Below, one piece after another: positions 28,545 through 37,735 of a stretch of DNA of 64,000 nucleotides. This DNA is from Bdellovibrionales bacterium. Lineage in GTDB: Bacteria > Bdellovibrionota > Bdellovibrionia > Bdellovibrionales > JAGQZY01. Every line of letters starts with the position of its first letter. Position 1 is the first letter of the stretch. Below the pieces are notes generated by a model, which made no database searches, was not told the DNA's origin, and was given only the letters and a program-made list of their open reading frames with translations. The position numbers were made by a program, and so were the translations under genes. Where the stretch lies: assembly GCA_041736155.1 (NCBI GenBank), contig JBGSUL010000035.1, positions 2,100-66,099 on the forward strand. Reading direction: 5' to 3'.

Positions 28545-29106
28545 TAAAAAAGTTTTTGAGTAGGGCTTCGCCCTGCTCTGACAGAATGGACTCGGGGTGG
28601 AATTGCCATCCCTCCACTGGCCAATTTTTATGCTTGAGGCCCATGATGATTCCTTCTTCCGTATGAGCATGTGCCTCAAGACACGAGGGCAGACTTTCAC
28701 TCTCCACAATCAACGAATGATATCGCACCGCTTGGAACGCATTTTTGATCTCATGAAAAGAACCTTGCTGCTGGTGGTAGACAAGACTTCTTTTCCCGTG
28801 CATAGGTTTGGGCGCTTGGATCACTTTGCCGCCAAATACTTCCGCGATCACCTGGTGCCCTAAACAGACACCTAAAATGGGATGGCTTTGCTGATATTGT
28901 TCAACAACCCAACGACTTAAAACAGCATCTCGTGGATGACCGGGGCCTGGTGAAATAAGAAAAGAGTGGATCTTTCCCGAGTTTGCACTGATCCATTCTT
29001 TATTTTCCCAATCACTTTTTAAAACTTTAACTTCTTGGTTGAGCACCTGAAGCATTTGCACCAGGTTGTAAGTAAAAGAGTCGTAGTTGTCGATGACCAG
29101 AATCAT
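28534..29106 (-). CDS. pabA: Aminodeoxychorismate/anthranilate synthase component II (glutamine amidotransferase)
   Basis: MILVIDNYDSFTYNLVQ.., nucleophile GVCLGHQ, ..HPES. 4-nt overlap with pabB. Its 3' end overlaps the tig 3' end by 11 nt (convergent). Confidence 0.9.
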   Translation of the reverse strand: MILVIDNYDSFTYNLVQMLQVLNQEVKVLKSDWENKEWISANSGKIHSFLISPGPGHPRDAVLSRWVVEQYQQSHPILGVCLGHQVIAEVFGGKVIQAPKPMHGKRSLVYHQQQGSFHEIKNAFQAVRYHSLIVESESLPSCLEAHAHTEEGIIMGLKHKNWPVEGWQFHPESILSEQGEALLKNFFIKS

Positions 29107-30821
29107 TCAAGACTCCAGCGCACGCTCACTCGACCACGCACAGAGTTAGTTAGCAATAGCTCTTCGGCCTCTTGTAAATTTTTAAGTGTGAGATTTTTCT
29201 CTACAGCTTGAAGATCGCGCAATGTCGACGCCCGCTCGATGCCAGGCAAGGCTCCAGCGCTGAGTGGTGGTGTGTACCACTTTCCCTCTCTTTTTAAAAA
29301 GACATTGTGGCGACTAGCTTCCACCAGCTCGTCATTCTCGTTGAGAAAAAGAACATCATAAAGTCCACAAGCCTGTGCCTCTTCCCAGGATTGATCATAA
29401 ACTTCACGTTGAGTTGTTTTGTGGCGACGAAAAATATCGGTAGATACAATTCGCTCTTTCGCAAGGCCGACTCGGTCTCCTGGCGGACGAAGAATATCTT
29501 GGTTGGAGATTTTTATTTCGCCGTTCCAAAAAATTTGAATTTTAATTTTTTGTGGTGAATTCAAACGTTCTTGCAGGAGCTGTAAATTTTTTTGCAATCC
29601 TTCTTTGTCGAATTCAAAATCAAAATACATGGCCGATGAACTCAAACGCTGAAGATGCTCTGTGAGATTTTTAAATTGTTGACCATCATAAAGAAGCGTT
29701 TCAAAAATTTGAAAATAGGAATTTAACTTACGCGCAAAACGTGCTTTGAGCTGGGCCTCGTACCATTCTTTTTCTGGTTGCGAATCGGAGACAATTCCCC
29801 CACCCACTCCCAAAGTGTAAATGCCTTGACGATGGACCACGGTACGAATCGCCACGTTAAAGGAGCCGTTTCCTTGGCCATCCAAAAAGCCCAAAGCACC
29901 GGTGTAATAACCCCGCGGCGAAGATTCCTTCTGAGAAATGTGCTTCATCGCACTCCACTTCGGTGCCCCGGTGATCGACCCACATGGGAAAAGGCTTTGC
30001 AAGATCTCGTGGAGACTGGTGTTGGCATTCATCTGCGCAGAAATCTTCGAAGTCATCTGGTAAACTGTAGAGAGTTTCTGAATGGCAAATAGCTCTTCGA
30101 CTTTCACTGTTCCTGGCTTGGCTAAGCGACCCAGATCGTTTCTTAATAGGTCCACAATCATCAAATTTTCGGCTCGTGACTTTTCATCTTGTGCCAAAGA
30201 TTCAGGAGACTCGGTCAGCGGCGCCGTGCCCTTCATCGGTTCTGTGGTTATTTTTTCGCCTTGTTTTTGGAAAAAAAGTTCCGGTGAAAAAGACAGGACT
30301 TGATAATCGTCAAAATCGAGAAATGCACAGTATTTGGTTTTTTGTTGCTCACGGAGAGAATCATAAAGCTCTAAAGGGAGGTGTGTGCTGCGAAACTTTT
30401 TTTGTAACGTTTGATTCAGCTGATAGAATTCTCCTGAGTGAATAAACGACTGAATCTGCTCTTGTCGACTTTGATATTCTTCTTTTGTTGTGTCGCTTTG
30501 ATAAGCAAAGAGGGTCGGCTCTGATAAAGGCAAAAGTTTTTTCCCTTGCACTCTCTTCAGAGTTTTAAAAACGTAAAAATGCAAAAAAGGTGTGTCGAGG
30601 TTGGTCGGACTTGTATTTTGCTTGGGAAAAAAGACATAACCAGCCTCGTAGGCCACGGCTCCGGCAATCACGTATTGCTCGCGCTGATACCTTTGCAACC
30701 GTTCCAATGCTGGGATCACTTCTTCAAGGTGTTCAGCGCGAACTTCGTCCACGTAACCTTCAAACTCAACTCTCTCGCCGGTAACGGCATCTTCAAAAAA
30801 GAAGAGTTGAGCCTCCTTCAC
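29103..30821 (-). CDS. pabB: Aminodeoxychorismate synthase component I fused to aminodeoxychorismate lyase (PabB-PabC)
   Basis: The chorismate-binding domain has PCGSITGAPK. The C-terminal roughly 200 aa (FETLLYDG..HLQRL.., HKTTQR, ..EASRHNVFLKREGKWYTPP..GALPGIER..LLLTNSVRG) match class IV aminotransferase / ADC lyase. Confidence 0.85.
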   Translation of the reverse strand: MKEAQLFFFEDAVTGERVEFEGYVDEVRAEHLEEVIPALERLQRYQREQYVIAGAVAYEAGYVFFPKQNTSPTNLDTPFLHFYVFKTLKRVQGKKLLPLSEPTLFAYQSDTTKEEYQSRQEQIQSFIHSGEFYQLNQTLQKKFRSTHLPLELYDSLREQQKTKYCAFLDFDDYQVLSFSPELFFQKQGEKITTEPMKGTAPLTESPESLAQDEKSRAENLMIVDLLRNDLGRLAKPGTVKVEELFAIQKLSTVYQMTSKISAQMNANTSLHEILQSLFPCGSITGAPKWSAMKHISQKESSPRGYYTGALGFLDGQGNGSFNVAIRTVVHRQGIYTLGVGGGIVSDSQPEKEWYEAQLKARFARKLNSYFQIFETLLYDGQQFKNLTEHLQRLSSSAMYFDFEFDKEGLQKNLQLLQERLNSPQKIKIQIFWNGEIKISNQDILRPPGDRVGLAKERIVSTDIFRRHKTTQREVYDQSWEEAQACGLYDVLFLNENDELVEASRHNVFLKREGKWYTPPLSAGALPGIERASTLRDLQAVEKNLTLKNLQEAEELLLTNSVRGRVSVRWSLE

Positions 30822-31273
30822 AGCGCCTGAGTTTCCATTTTCAGTGCTTCTGAGTAGCGCGAGACCTCCATAGAGAGATCAATAAGGGTCAGTTTTTCTT
30901 TATTGGACTTCATGAGTTTATTTTCTTCGCTTTGCAGATCCATCATTTGATCGACGGCACTTGATAATTTTTCTAAATGATCCACACAAAGCTTGGTTGA
31001 GCGTTCTTGCAATTGAATCAAATAATTTACATACATTTCGGCATGACGAAGATTAAAACAACTCGAAGTCTGGGTGGTTTTTTTGTTTAACAACAAACGA
31101 TCACGTTTGTTATAAAACGCTTCCACGCTCTTTTTTAAATTATACAAAAGCTTTTTGTTGATGATTTTTTTTTGCTGCGATTCACAGCGGTTCTCACTGG
31201 GAAAGGCCATTTTACATGCTTCTCCTGCGGAGCAAAAGAGATAAATAAAGATGATCAAAAATGGGTGCTTCAC
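30818..31273 (-). CDS. Small exported protein (151 aa), unknown
   Basis: Hydrophobic N-terminus MKHPFLIIFIYLFCSAGEA, with a helical remainder. 4-nt overlap with pabB. Confidence 0.55.
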   Translation of the reverse strand: MKHPFLIIFIYLFCSAGEACKMAFPSENRCESQQKKIINKKLLYNLKKSVEAFYNKRDRLLLNKKTTQTSSCFNLRHAEMYVNYLIQLQERSTKLCVDHLEKLSSAVDQMMDLQSEENKLMKSNKEKLTLIDLSMEVSRYSEALKMETQAL

Positions 31274-31327
31274 TCTGCTGGTTATATGCGAACTTTGAAG
31301 AGAAAGCTAGCGCAGATCCATTGACTG

Positions 31328-31405
31328 GAGGTCCTTCTGCCTGAGGTCCTTCGCATTCGCTCAGGGAACTACCTTATTAGGATTCCTGAGCGGAACGAAG
31401 GATCT
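31328..31405. repeat. REP-like palindromic element (two inverted copies of the GATCCTTCG..CGCTCAGGA unit)
   Basis: Left arm GGTCCTTCGCATTCGCTCAGGGA (31345-31367). Right arm AGGATTCCTGAGCGGAACGAAGGATCT (31379-31405) is its approximate reverse complement. GAGGTCCTT is duplicated at 31328 and 31343. It lies between the ctpA stop and the next gene. Confidence 0.7.
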
Positions 31406-31412
31406 ATGACCT

Positions 31413-32729
31413 TTATAAACTCTTAAAGACTTTCCATGCTTTGATGTAATTATAGGCCTGCTGAACTTGATAATCTTTGAGCAGATCGACCTTTTCCGTG
31501 CGTCCTTTAGCATCAAAACGCTTCCACCATTGCGCCGATTTTGTTTTAGAATGATCCTTTTCAGCCTCACCCTGAAGATGCCCTTGAATGTCCGCTTCCC
31601 GTTTTGCCGACTTACTAATCACCGCTTTGCCAAACGTATCTGCATCCACGTCTTCCACTTCGACATCTGGAGTAATTCCTTCCGCCTGAATCGATATGCC
31701 GCTCGGCGTGTAGTAACGGGCCACGGTCAGTTTTAAACCCGAACCATCGCCCATTTTTACAACCGATTGAACAGAGCCTTTACCAAAACTTCTTTTGCCC
31801 ATGATCAAGGCGCGTTTATTATCTTTGAGGGCCCCGGCCACAATTTCGCTGGCACTCGCAGAATATTCGTTAATTAAAATAATAATTGGGAAATCGGTAT
31901 AGGCCTCTCCCGGTTTGGCCATGGTCACTTCTTTTTTACTTTTATCGCGACCAATCGTAGATACGATAATTCCCTTGTCCAAAAAGAGATTACTGATTTG
32001 CACGGCTTGATCCAACAGGCCACCTGGATTTCTGCGTAGATCGAGAATCAATCCCTTGATATTTTTATTTTTCGCTTTGAATTCCGCGACCTTCTTCTTC
32101 ATCTCTTTCCCAGAATTTTCGATAAAACTTGTGAGTCTAATATAACCATACCCATCTTCGAGATCGATAAACTTGACCGACTTGATTTTAACAATATCGC
32201 GCACAATGGTGAAGGTCTTGGGCTCTTCAAAGCTGTCACGCATAATGCCCATGCGAATCTTAGTGCCGTTTTTGCCTTTCATTTTCTGGGCAGCATCCAC
32301 AAGACTCATTCCCTTGGTGGATACACCGTCAATTTCCACAACCTTGTCCCCAGGCTCGATCCCGGCTTTCCAAGCAGGTGTGTCCTCAATGGGAGAGATG
32401 ATTGTGAGAATTCCATCCTCCATAGTAATTTCGATGCCAATCCCGCCAAATTCACCCGACGTTTCCGTTTCGAATTCTTTATACATATCAGGAGGTAAAA
32501 AATTGGTATGCGGATCCAGCTCCCTCAGCATTCCCTTGATCCCACCATAAATGAGTTTTTGTGTGTCCACCGGCTCCACATAGTACTGTTGAACGATGTT
32601 AAGAACCTTGGCGAAGATTTGTAAATTTAAATACCGGTCCTCTTTGCCATCCTCAGCATACAACTTCCAACTCAGTGTCGAAACCGCAACAACCACTAGA
32701 AAACACAACCACTGCAAACTTTTCTTCAT
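31413..32729 (-). CDS. ctpA: Carboxy-terminal processing protease (S41) with PDZ domain
   Basis: 438 aa. Has a signal anchor, a PDZ (AGIEPGDKVVEIDG) and the catalytic region LINEYSASASEIVAGAL..GKRSFGKG. Confidence 0.92.
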   Translation of the reverse strand: MKKSLQWLCFLVVVAVSTLSWKLYAEDGKEDRYLNLQIFAKVLNIVQQYYVEPVDTQKLIYGGIKGMLRELDPHTNFLPPDMYKEFETETSGEFGGIGIEITMEDGILTIISPIEDTPAWKAGIEPGDKVVEIDGVSTKGMSLVDAAQKMKGKNGTKIRMGIMRDSFEEPKTFTIVRDIVKIKSVKFIDLEDGYGYIRLTSFIENSGKEMKKKVAEFKAKNKNIKGLILDLRRNPGGLLDQAVQISNLFLDKGIIVSTIGRDKSKKEVTMAKPGEAYTDFPIIILINEYSASASEIVAGALKDNKRALIMGKRSFGKGSVQSVVKMGDGSGLKLTVARYYTPSGISIQAEGITPDVEVEDVDADTFGKAVISKSAKREADIQGHLQGEAEKDHSKTKSAQWWKRFDAKGRTEKVDLLKDYQVQQAYNYIKAWKVFKSL

Positions 32730-33928
32730 AAACTCTGCTCCTTCACTGATGACAAATTAAATTTTGCGTCTTTAAACCAACCCGACGGATCTTCTGATTG
32801 AGAAAAATGTCTTAATTCAAAATACAAACCATGACCATTGAGACGAGAGTAACCGGTTTGACCCAGTGTGCGAAGGGGCTCCACCTCTTCACCTACGCGA
32901 AGTTCTGTGTTCTGTAAATTCGCATACACCGAATAAAAGTGATCCCCGTGATCTAAAACAACAACAAAATTATATTCATCCAGTGGGCCCGCATAAGCCA
33001 CTTGCCCACGATGCACGGCCACCACTTCTTTTTGTGGAATGGTGGTGATAAACCAACCTTTGTTATAAACGCGAATTTTTGGAGAATTCATTTGTAAAAG
33101 TCCAAAACGCTTCGAGATCACTCCGCCGGTCACTGGTAAATCGAGAAATCCCTTTTTTTCATAGAGACCGCCCTCATACAAAGATGGGAGTTGTACTGTT
33201 TTTTTGCCTGGAGCAATAAAGGCGCTTTTTTTGATATCTTTAATTTTTTGCAATAACGATACATCTTGCTGACTGAGCTGCTTGAGCAAATCCATCTGTA
33301 AGGAATAGTTCCGCTTAATCGCTCTCTCTTGACGGTCGAGAACTTTTTGGTTTGTTTCAGACTCGGCAATTTTTGTTTCCAACTTCATTTGCTGCTCGCT
33401 CAATAGATTTTTAAGACCCCGGAATGTCCTCAGCTGCTCCACGTCGGCTTTTGATATTTTAAATAGAATTCGTGCATTGCGATCCATCTCGGTTAAATCC
33501 TGTGCGCCCAACAAAGATTGAAAAATGGTCGGAGCACTCACACGATGAAGATTGCGCATGCGTAATATGATTTTTTTTCGTAAACCTTGTATCTGTACTG
33601 TGACATCCTGAATATCTCGTTGCAAATCGGCAACATCCGCCTCCAGCTCTTCACGCTTTTGTAGCTGTTCCGATTTTCTGACGGCCAAGGCCTTTTGTCG
33701 ACGAGTCATCTTGTAAATATCGTCGAGCAAAAGGTTGGATTCTTGGCGTTCTTCGACAAGGGACTGTGCTGGAGACTTTGTTTGTTCAACTTCTTGTTTT
33801 TGCACAGCAAGTTGTTCTTGTTCTACAGGTTGCGATCGTTCAATGGGCTTCGTCTCCGCAAGAGGATGCGTTTCCGCAAAAGCAGAAATGCCGCAAAATA
33901 AAAAGACCACACAAACCCAAAAATTCAT
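32726..33928 (-). CDS. envC: EnvC-like murein hydrolase activator (coiled coil plus degenerate LytM/M23 domain)
   Basis: Signal peptide, a long coiled coil and a C-terminal M23 fold. The metal ligands are lost: YANL replaces YAHL, and GLYFELR replaces HLHFEIR. It sits directly downstream of ftsEX. Confidence 0.8.
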   Translation of the reverse strand: MNFWVCVVFLFCGISAFAETHPLAETKPIERSQPVEQEQLAVQKQEVEQTKSPAQSLVEERQESNLLLDDIYKMTRRQKALAVRKSEQLQKREELEADVADLQRDIQDVTVQIQGLRKKIILRMRNLHRVSAPTIFQSLLGAQDLTEMDRNARILFKISKADVEQLRTFRGLKNLLSEQQMKLETKIAESETNQKVLDRQERAIKRNYSLQMDLLKQLSQQDVSLLQKIKDIKKSAFIAPGKKTVQLPSLYEGGLYEKKGFLDLPVTGGVISKRFGLLQMNSPKIRVYNKGWFITTIPQKEVVAVHRGQVAYAGPLDEYNFVVVLDHGDHFYSVYANLQNTELRVGEEVEPLRTLGQTGYSRLNGHGLYFELRHFSQSEDPSGWFKDAKFNLSSVKEQSL

Positions 33929-34864
33929 TTATTTTGTCCTTGAGGACAGCGCCCAACCGGTGTTGATCGATCTCACTGTCAAAAAAGCCGAACTTAAACC
34001 CACAATCATACTGACAACAAAACCGCCTAAAATGATTTTCCAAGACGGTGAGGCCACAATCTCTGCCAAATGGCTTAACATGGCACTTCCCGCAAACTCA
34101 TTGGAGATCCAATAAAATAGACTGAGATTCAGTACAAGGCCGCTCACATAGGCGGCTAAACTAAAAACCAAACCTTCCATAATATAGGGGCGTCGTATAT
34201 TTTGAGACGTTTCACCAATCAATTCTAGAATTTCTATTTCTTCTCGCTGATTATAAACAAGGACGCGAATCAAGTTAGAAATAATCACTAAACATGCCAT
34301 CAGGAACAAGGCGACAATGGCCGAGACTAAAGAATTCGTAAGTCGGAGGAAAGCTCCATAACGCTCCATCCATCCTTGACCGTAAGAAACTTCTTCCACT
34401 CCGACGATATCACCAATGACTTTGGCAGCGGACTGGACCTTAGCAAAATAGCTTTCATCTCGAAGGCTGCCCTTAAGAGTGACATCGAAACTTTCCGGAA
34501 ACACTTCTTGGGATTTTAGATCTTCGAGGAAGTCTTTGGAAAAAATGGAGTTTTTCGACTGAAACTGCGAGATCGCCTGTTCTTGAGAAACAAACACCAC
34601 ATTTTTAACTTCGGCATGCTGCCAAATGGCATTTTGGATTTTTTCACGGGTCTCTTCGTTTTGACCATCGGCCAAATACACAGTGATCCGCGTAGAATCT
34701 CCCCAGCGGTTCATAATACTTTGAAAATTAAAAGCAGACTGAATTAAAAACATTGTGACTGAATAGGTAAACACCAAAATCAGCAGCGTCGATAAACGTA
34801 AGCGAGTTTCCGACTGCCACGATCTTTGTGCAAAACGCAGGTATTTATGCAGAAATGGCGTCAT
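33929..34864 (-). CDS. ftsX: Cell division permease-like protein FtsX
   Basis: 311 aa with four TM segments and a large periplasmic loop. Overlaps ftsE by 20 nt. Confidence 0.88.
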   Translation of the reverse strand: MTPFLHKYLRFAQRSWQSETRLRLSTLLILVFTYSVTMFLIQSAFNFQSIMNRWGDSTRITVYLADGQNEETREKIQNAIWQHAEVKNVVFVSQEQAISQFQSKNSIFSKDFLEDLKSQEVFPESFDVTLKGSLRDESYFAKVQSAAKVIGDIVGVEEVSYGQGWMERYGAFLRLTNSLVSAIVALFLMACLVIISNLIRVLVYNQREEIEILELIGETSQNIRRPYIMEGLVFSLAAYVSGLVLNLSLFYWISNEFAGSAMLSHLAEIVASPSWKIILGGFVVSMIVGLSSAFLTVRSINTGWALSSRTK

Positions 34865-35513
34865 TGTCGACCTCTCCCTTACTCAAAATTATGACTCTTT
34901 TTTTCTGTTCCTGAACCAATTGCTGGTCATGGGTGGCAATGAACACTGTTGTTCCCAAGGCATTACATTGCGAAAAAATCTTCATCACCTCGCGGCTCAA
35001 GTGGGCATCGAGATTTCCTGTCGGTTCATCGGCAATAATGACTTCTGGTTGGCCAATCAAAGCTCGTCCAATAGCTAAGCGTTGTTTTTCCCCACCAGAG
35101 AGTTGATCTGGATAAAAATTTTCTTTTTCTTTGAGACCCAACGCCGCCAACATGTGGTTTTTTTTGTCTGTCATCATCTGCTGACTGGCATTGATAATCT
35201 CGAGCGGAAGGGTTAAATTTTCCTGAACCGTTCGATTGTTTAATAATTTAAAATCTTGAAAGACCACGCCCACTTTTCTTCTGAAAAAAGGAGCCTCTTT
35301 CTCACTCAGACCATGAATGTCGTAATTGGCAACCGAGATTTTTCCAGAAGAAGGACGATCAAAACCAGCCAGTAAGTTGAAGAGTGTGGTTTTACCGGCA
35401 CCGCTGTGTCCGGTTAAAAAAACAAACTCACCTTTGTTGATTTTAAAATTCACGTCGCGAAGGGCATGAATTTCACCACGGAATGTTTTATAAACGTGTG
35501 AAAAATGTATCAT
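34845..35513 (-). CDS. ftsE: Cell division ATP-binding protein FtsE
   Basis: Walker A GHSGAGKTT, signature LSGGEKQR, Walker B VIIADEP. I use the internal ATG (MIHFSHVYKTF) at 35513; the track start at 35570 adds 19 atypical residues. Confidence 0.9.
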   Translation of the reverse strand: MIHFSHVYKTFRGEIHALRDVNFKINKGEFVFLTGHSGAGKTTLFNLLAGFDRPSSGKISVANYDIHGLSEKEAPFFRRKVGVVFQDFKLLNNRTVQENLTLPLEIINASQQMMTDKKNHMLAALGLKEKENFYPDQLSGGEKQRLAIGRALIGQPEVIIADEPTGNLDAHLSREVMKIFSQCNALGTTVFIATHDQQLVQEQKKRVIILSKGEVDNDAISA

Positions 35514-35621
35514 TCTCCAATGATATTCAACAACTCGTATCGTCTCAATGAGCTTCAACGAGAGCCCCATATAGGTCGAGGGATTTTATAGTCCTTAGTC
35601 AGGGACTTTTTTGCCCTTAAT

Positions 35622-35891
35622 TCATACGTCTAGGAAAGCGCCAGCAGCCTGCGCGGCCATCAGCTTTTCGAGAATGCGATTGTGTTGATTTTTAACCGCT
35701 ACTTCCACAGCATTTTTATCCCAAATGGGCGCATGAATAATATCGGAGTACGGTGTTTTAATGCTTTTTAAAACTGCGCCATTTTTATAAATTCGACTTA
35801 CAATGTACGGACTTGCCACACCCCAATCTTCTGTTTGGATGTGGAAATGATTTGCGCCTAATTGAATATCTGAATTTAAGCTTAATTCCAT
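35622..35891 (-). CDS. Small cytoplasmic protein (89 aa), unknown, HIQTEDWG motif
   Basis: It is the only ORF in an otherwise empty roughly 460-nt gap. No clear SD. The sequence is hydrophilic and globular-looking. Confidence 0.4.
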   Translation of the reverse strand: MELSLNSDIQLGANHFHIQTEDWGVASPYIVSRIYKNGAVLKSIKTPYSDIIHAPIWDKNAVEVAVKNQHNRILEKLMAAQAAGAFLDV

Positions 35892-36034
35892 TTTTTCAGT
35901 CTATATTTTTCTATATTTCTATTTTTTATGAAGTCCTATCTCATATTGAAACACAATTCACTTCGAATCAAGATATAAATCCGATTTTAAAAATCACGAC
36001 TTCATTTCATGATTTTTTGTCCCGATACGTATTC

Positions 36035-37735
36035 ATGCGTTTGATCCTGGGCCTTCTCTTTATTTTGAATTTTGTCCTCGCGGGTTGCTCGAGCTCTAGC
36101 ACTGATGGCAGCTCTTCCTCACGATCTTTTGACCCTGGTTGCGTCACTGTGACCTCTTATTCGGGAGGCATTACTCTCTCGGGCGATGCCGTTTATCAAT
36201 ATCGTAATGATACAGATGGAAACATCAATGGAACGCCCAATCCTATTCGCCAGGCCCAAGTCTCAGTTTTAAATTCTTCGGGAGCCATTGTTCAATGTGG
36301 AACGACTGACGATAGCGGACAATTTTCCGTATCTGTCCCGGTCAGCTCTGGTAATTATACTATTTTGATCAGTGCTCGTATTTACGATGCCGTCACCAAA
36401 GCCGCTGTTTTTAATAATCCTACAGAGTCTGATGTTCACAGCATTAGCACCACTGTTTCTGGCGCCAGCAGTGCCGCCGTTGGAACATTGACCGCCACAG
36501 CAACGGGCGAACTTAAAGGCGGTGCTTTTAATATTCTTGATAAAATTTATGCGGCCAATGAGTACTTACTTACGCAAACGAACAATTGCACGAGTTCTTT
36601 CACAGACTGCACTCCCTTTACTGGAGCGCGAGCCGTATTTATTTTTTGGGACAAAGGGGTGAATCCTGGAGCCTATGTTAATTCCGGACCCTTAAGTTTT
36701 TATCTTCCTGGTGATTATGAACTCTATATTTTGGGTGGTCTCTCGGGTGATACCGACAACTCGGACTGTGATCATTTTGATAATTCTATTATTATTCACG
36801 AATACGGTCATTTTATCGAAGATATATTTTCGGACTCCGACTCCCCAGGAGGTAATCATAATGGCAATACCATTCTCGATCCACGACTGGCTTGGGGTGA
36901 AGGTTTTGCTAATTTCTTTCAAGCAGCAGTCACTAACATTGCCTACTACCGAGATACCTCGGGCAATACCGATGGTTTTTTCTCCTCCATTTTTGATGTC
37001 GATTTAGAAAGCGGAACGTCTGATTCTGCATCAATTATGGGTGAAGGAAACTTTCATGAATTTTCCGTCACACGTCTTTTATGGGATGCTATTGATCCCG
37101 CCAATGATGATACTGTGGCTGCTTCTTTTGCAGAATTTTGGACCGTGTTTACCAGTTCCACGGCTGGACTCAAAAATTCAGCGCATGTTTTTAGAAGTAT
37201 CGGCTTGTTTCACACGCTCCAACAATCGCTCAGCGGCCACACGGACTGGAGCTCCTTAAGAACTGCGGAGAAACATGGCGACGATCAAGATGATTACGCG
37301 CGCGATGTCGCAGCGCTTGGTTCTTGCTCTCCCACGCATACATCTATACACGGCGCCAATATTCCCAACGGAAATCCTGAAAATGGTTCCTCTTCGCGCT
37401 CCAACCAATTTTCCTCTAACGATTTTTACAAATATTATCATCCTGGCGGAGCTTTTGCTTTCCAATTAAGTTATTCCACCACTAGCTCCAACGCCGCTGA
37501 TCTAGATATTTATATTTTAAAAAATGGCTACCGCTTTACCGATAGCACAAGCACCTCCATCGCTGCATCTAACAAAACAAATGTGGATGGGCAAGGCTCC
37601 GTCACGAAGTCTATTTCGACTTCTCTCTCCGCTGGTTGGTACATGATCAACATTCGTGTGGATACCGGGGTGCGTATTGGTTCTGCCTCAACTTATGCAA
37701 TGACCTTGAATGGGAATTCACTATGTCCAAATTAA
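36035..37735 (+). CDS. Lipoprotein HEXXH metalloprotease with C-terminal pre-peptidase (PPC)-like domain
   Basis: The ATG at 36035 gives MRLILGLLFILNFVLAGC (canonical lipobox). IIIHEYGHFIED contains HEXXH. The C-terminus ..NDFYKYYHPGGAFAFQLSY..ADLDIYILKNG.. fits the PPC domain pattern. The track start at 35813 is rejected. Confidence 0.75.
   Translation: MRLILGLLFILNFVLAGCSSSSTDGSSSSRSFDPGCVTVTSYSGGITLSGDAVYQYRNDTDGNINGTPNPIRQAQVSVLNSSGAIVQCGTTDDSGQFSVSVPVSSGNYTILISARIYDAVTKAAVFNNPTESDVHSISTTVSGASSAAVGTLTATATGELKGGAFNILDKIYAANEYLLTQTNNCTSSFTDCTPFTGARAVFIFWDKGVNPGAYVNSGPLSFYLPGDYELYILGGLSGDTDNSDCDHFDNSIIIHEYGHFIEDIFSDSDSPGGNHNGNTILDPRLAWGEGFANFFQAAVTNIAYYRDTSGNTDGFFSSIFDVDLESGTSDSASIMGEGNFHEFSVTRLLWDAIDPANDDTVAASFAEFWTVFTSSTAGLKNSAHVFRSIGLFHTLQQSLSGHTDWSSLRTAEKHGDDQDDYARDVAALGSCSPTHTSIHGANIPNGNPENGSSSRSNQFSSNDFYKYYHPGGAFAFQLSYSTTSSNAADLDIYILKNGYRFTDSTSTSIAASNKTNVDGQGSVTKSISTSLSAGWYMINIRVDTGVRIGSASTYAMTLNGNSLCPN

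Noticed and set aside
35813-36034. 74-residue N-terminal extension of the HEXXH-PPC lipoprotein that overlaps the 35622-35891 gene
   Set aside because: The extension is AT-rich and low-complexity. The internal ATG at 36035 yields a textbook lipoprotein signal peptide.
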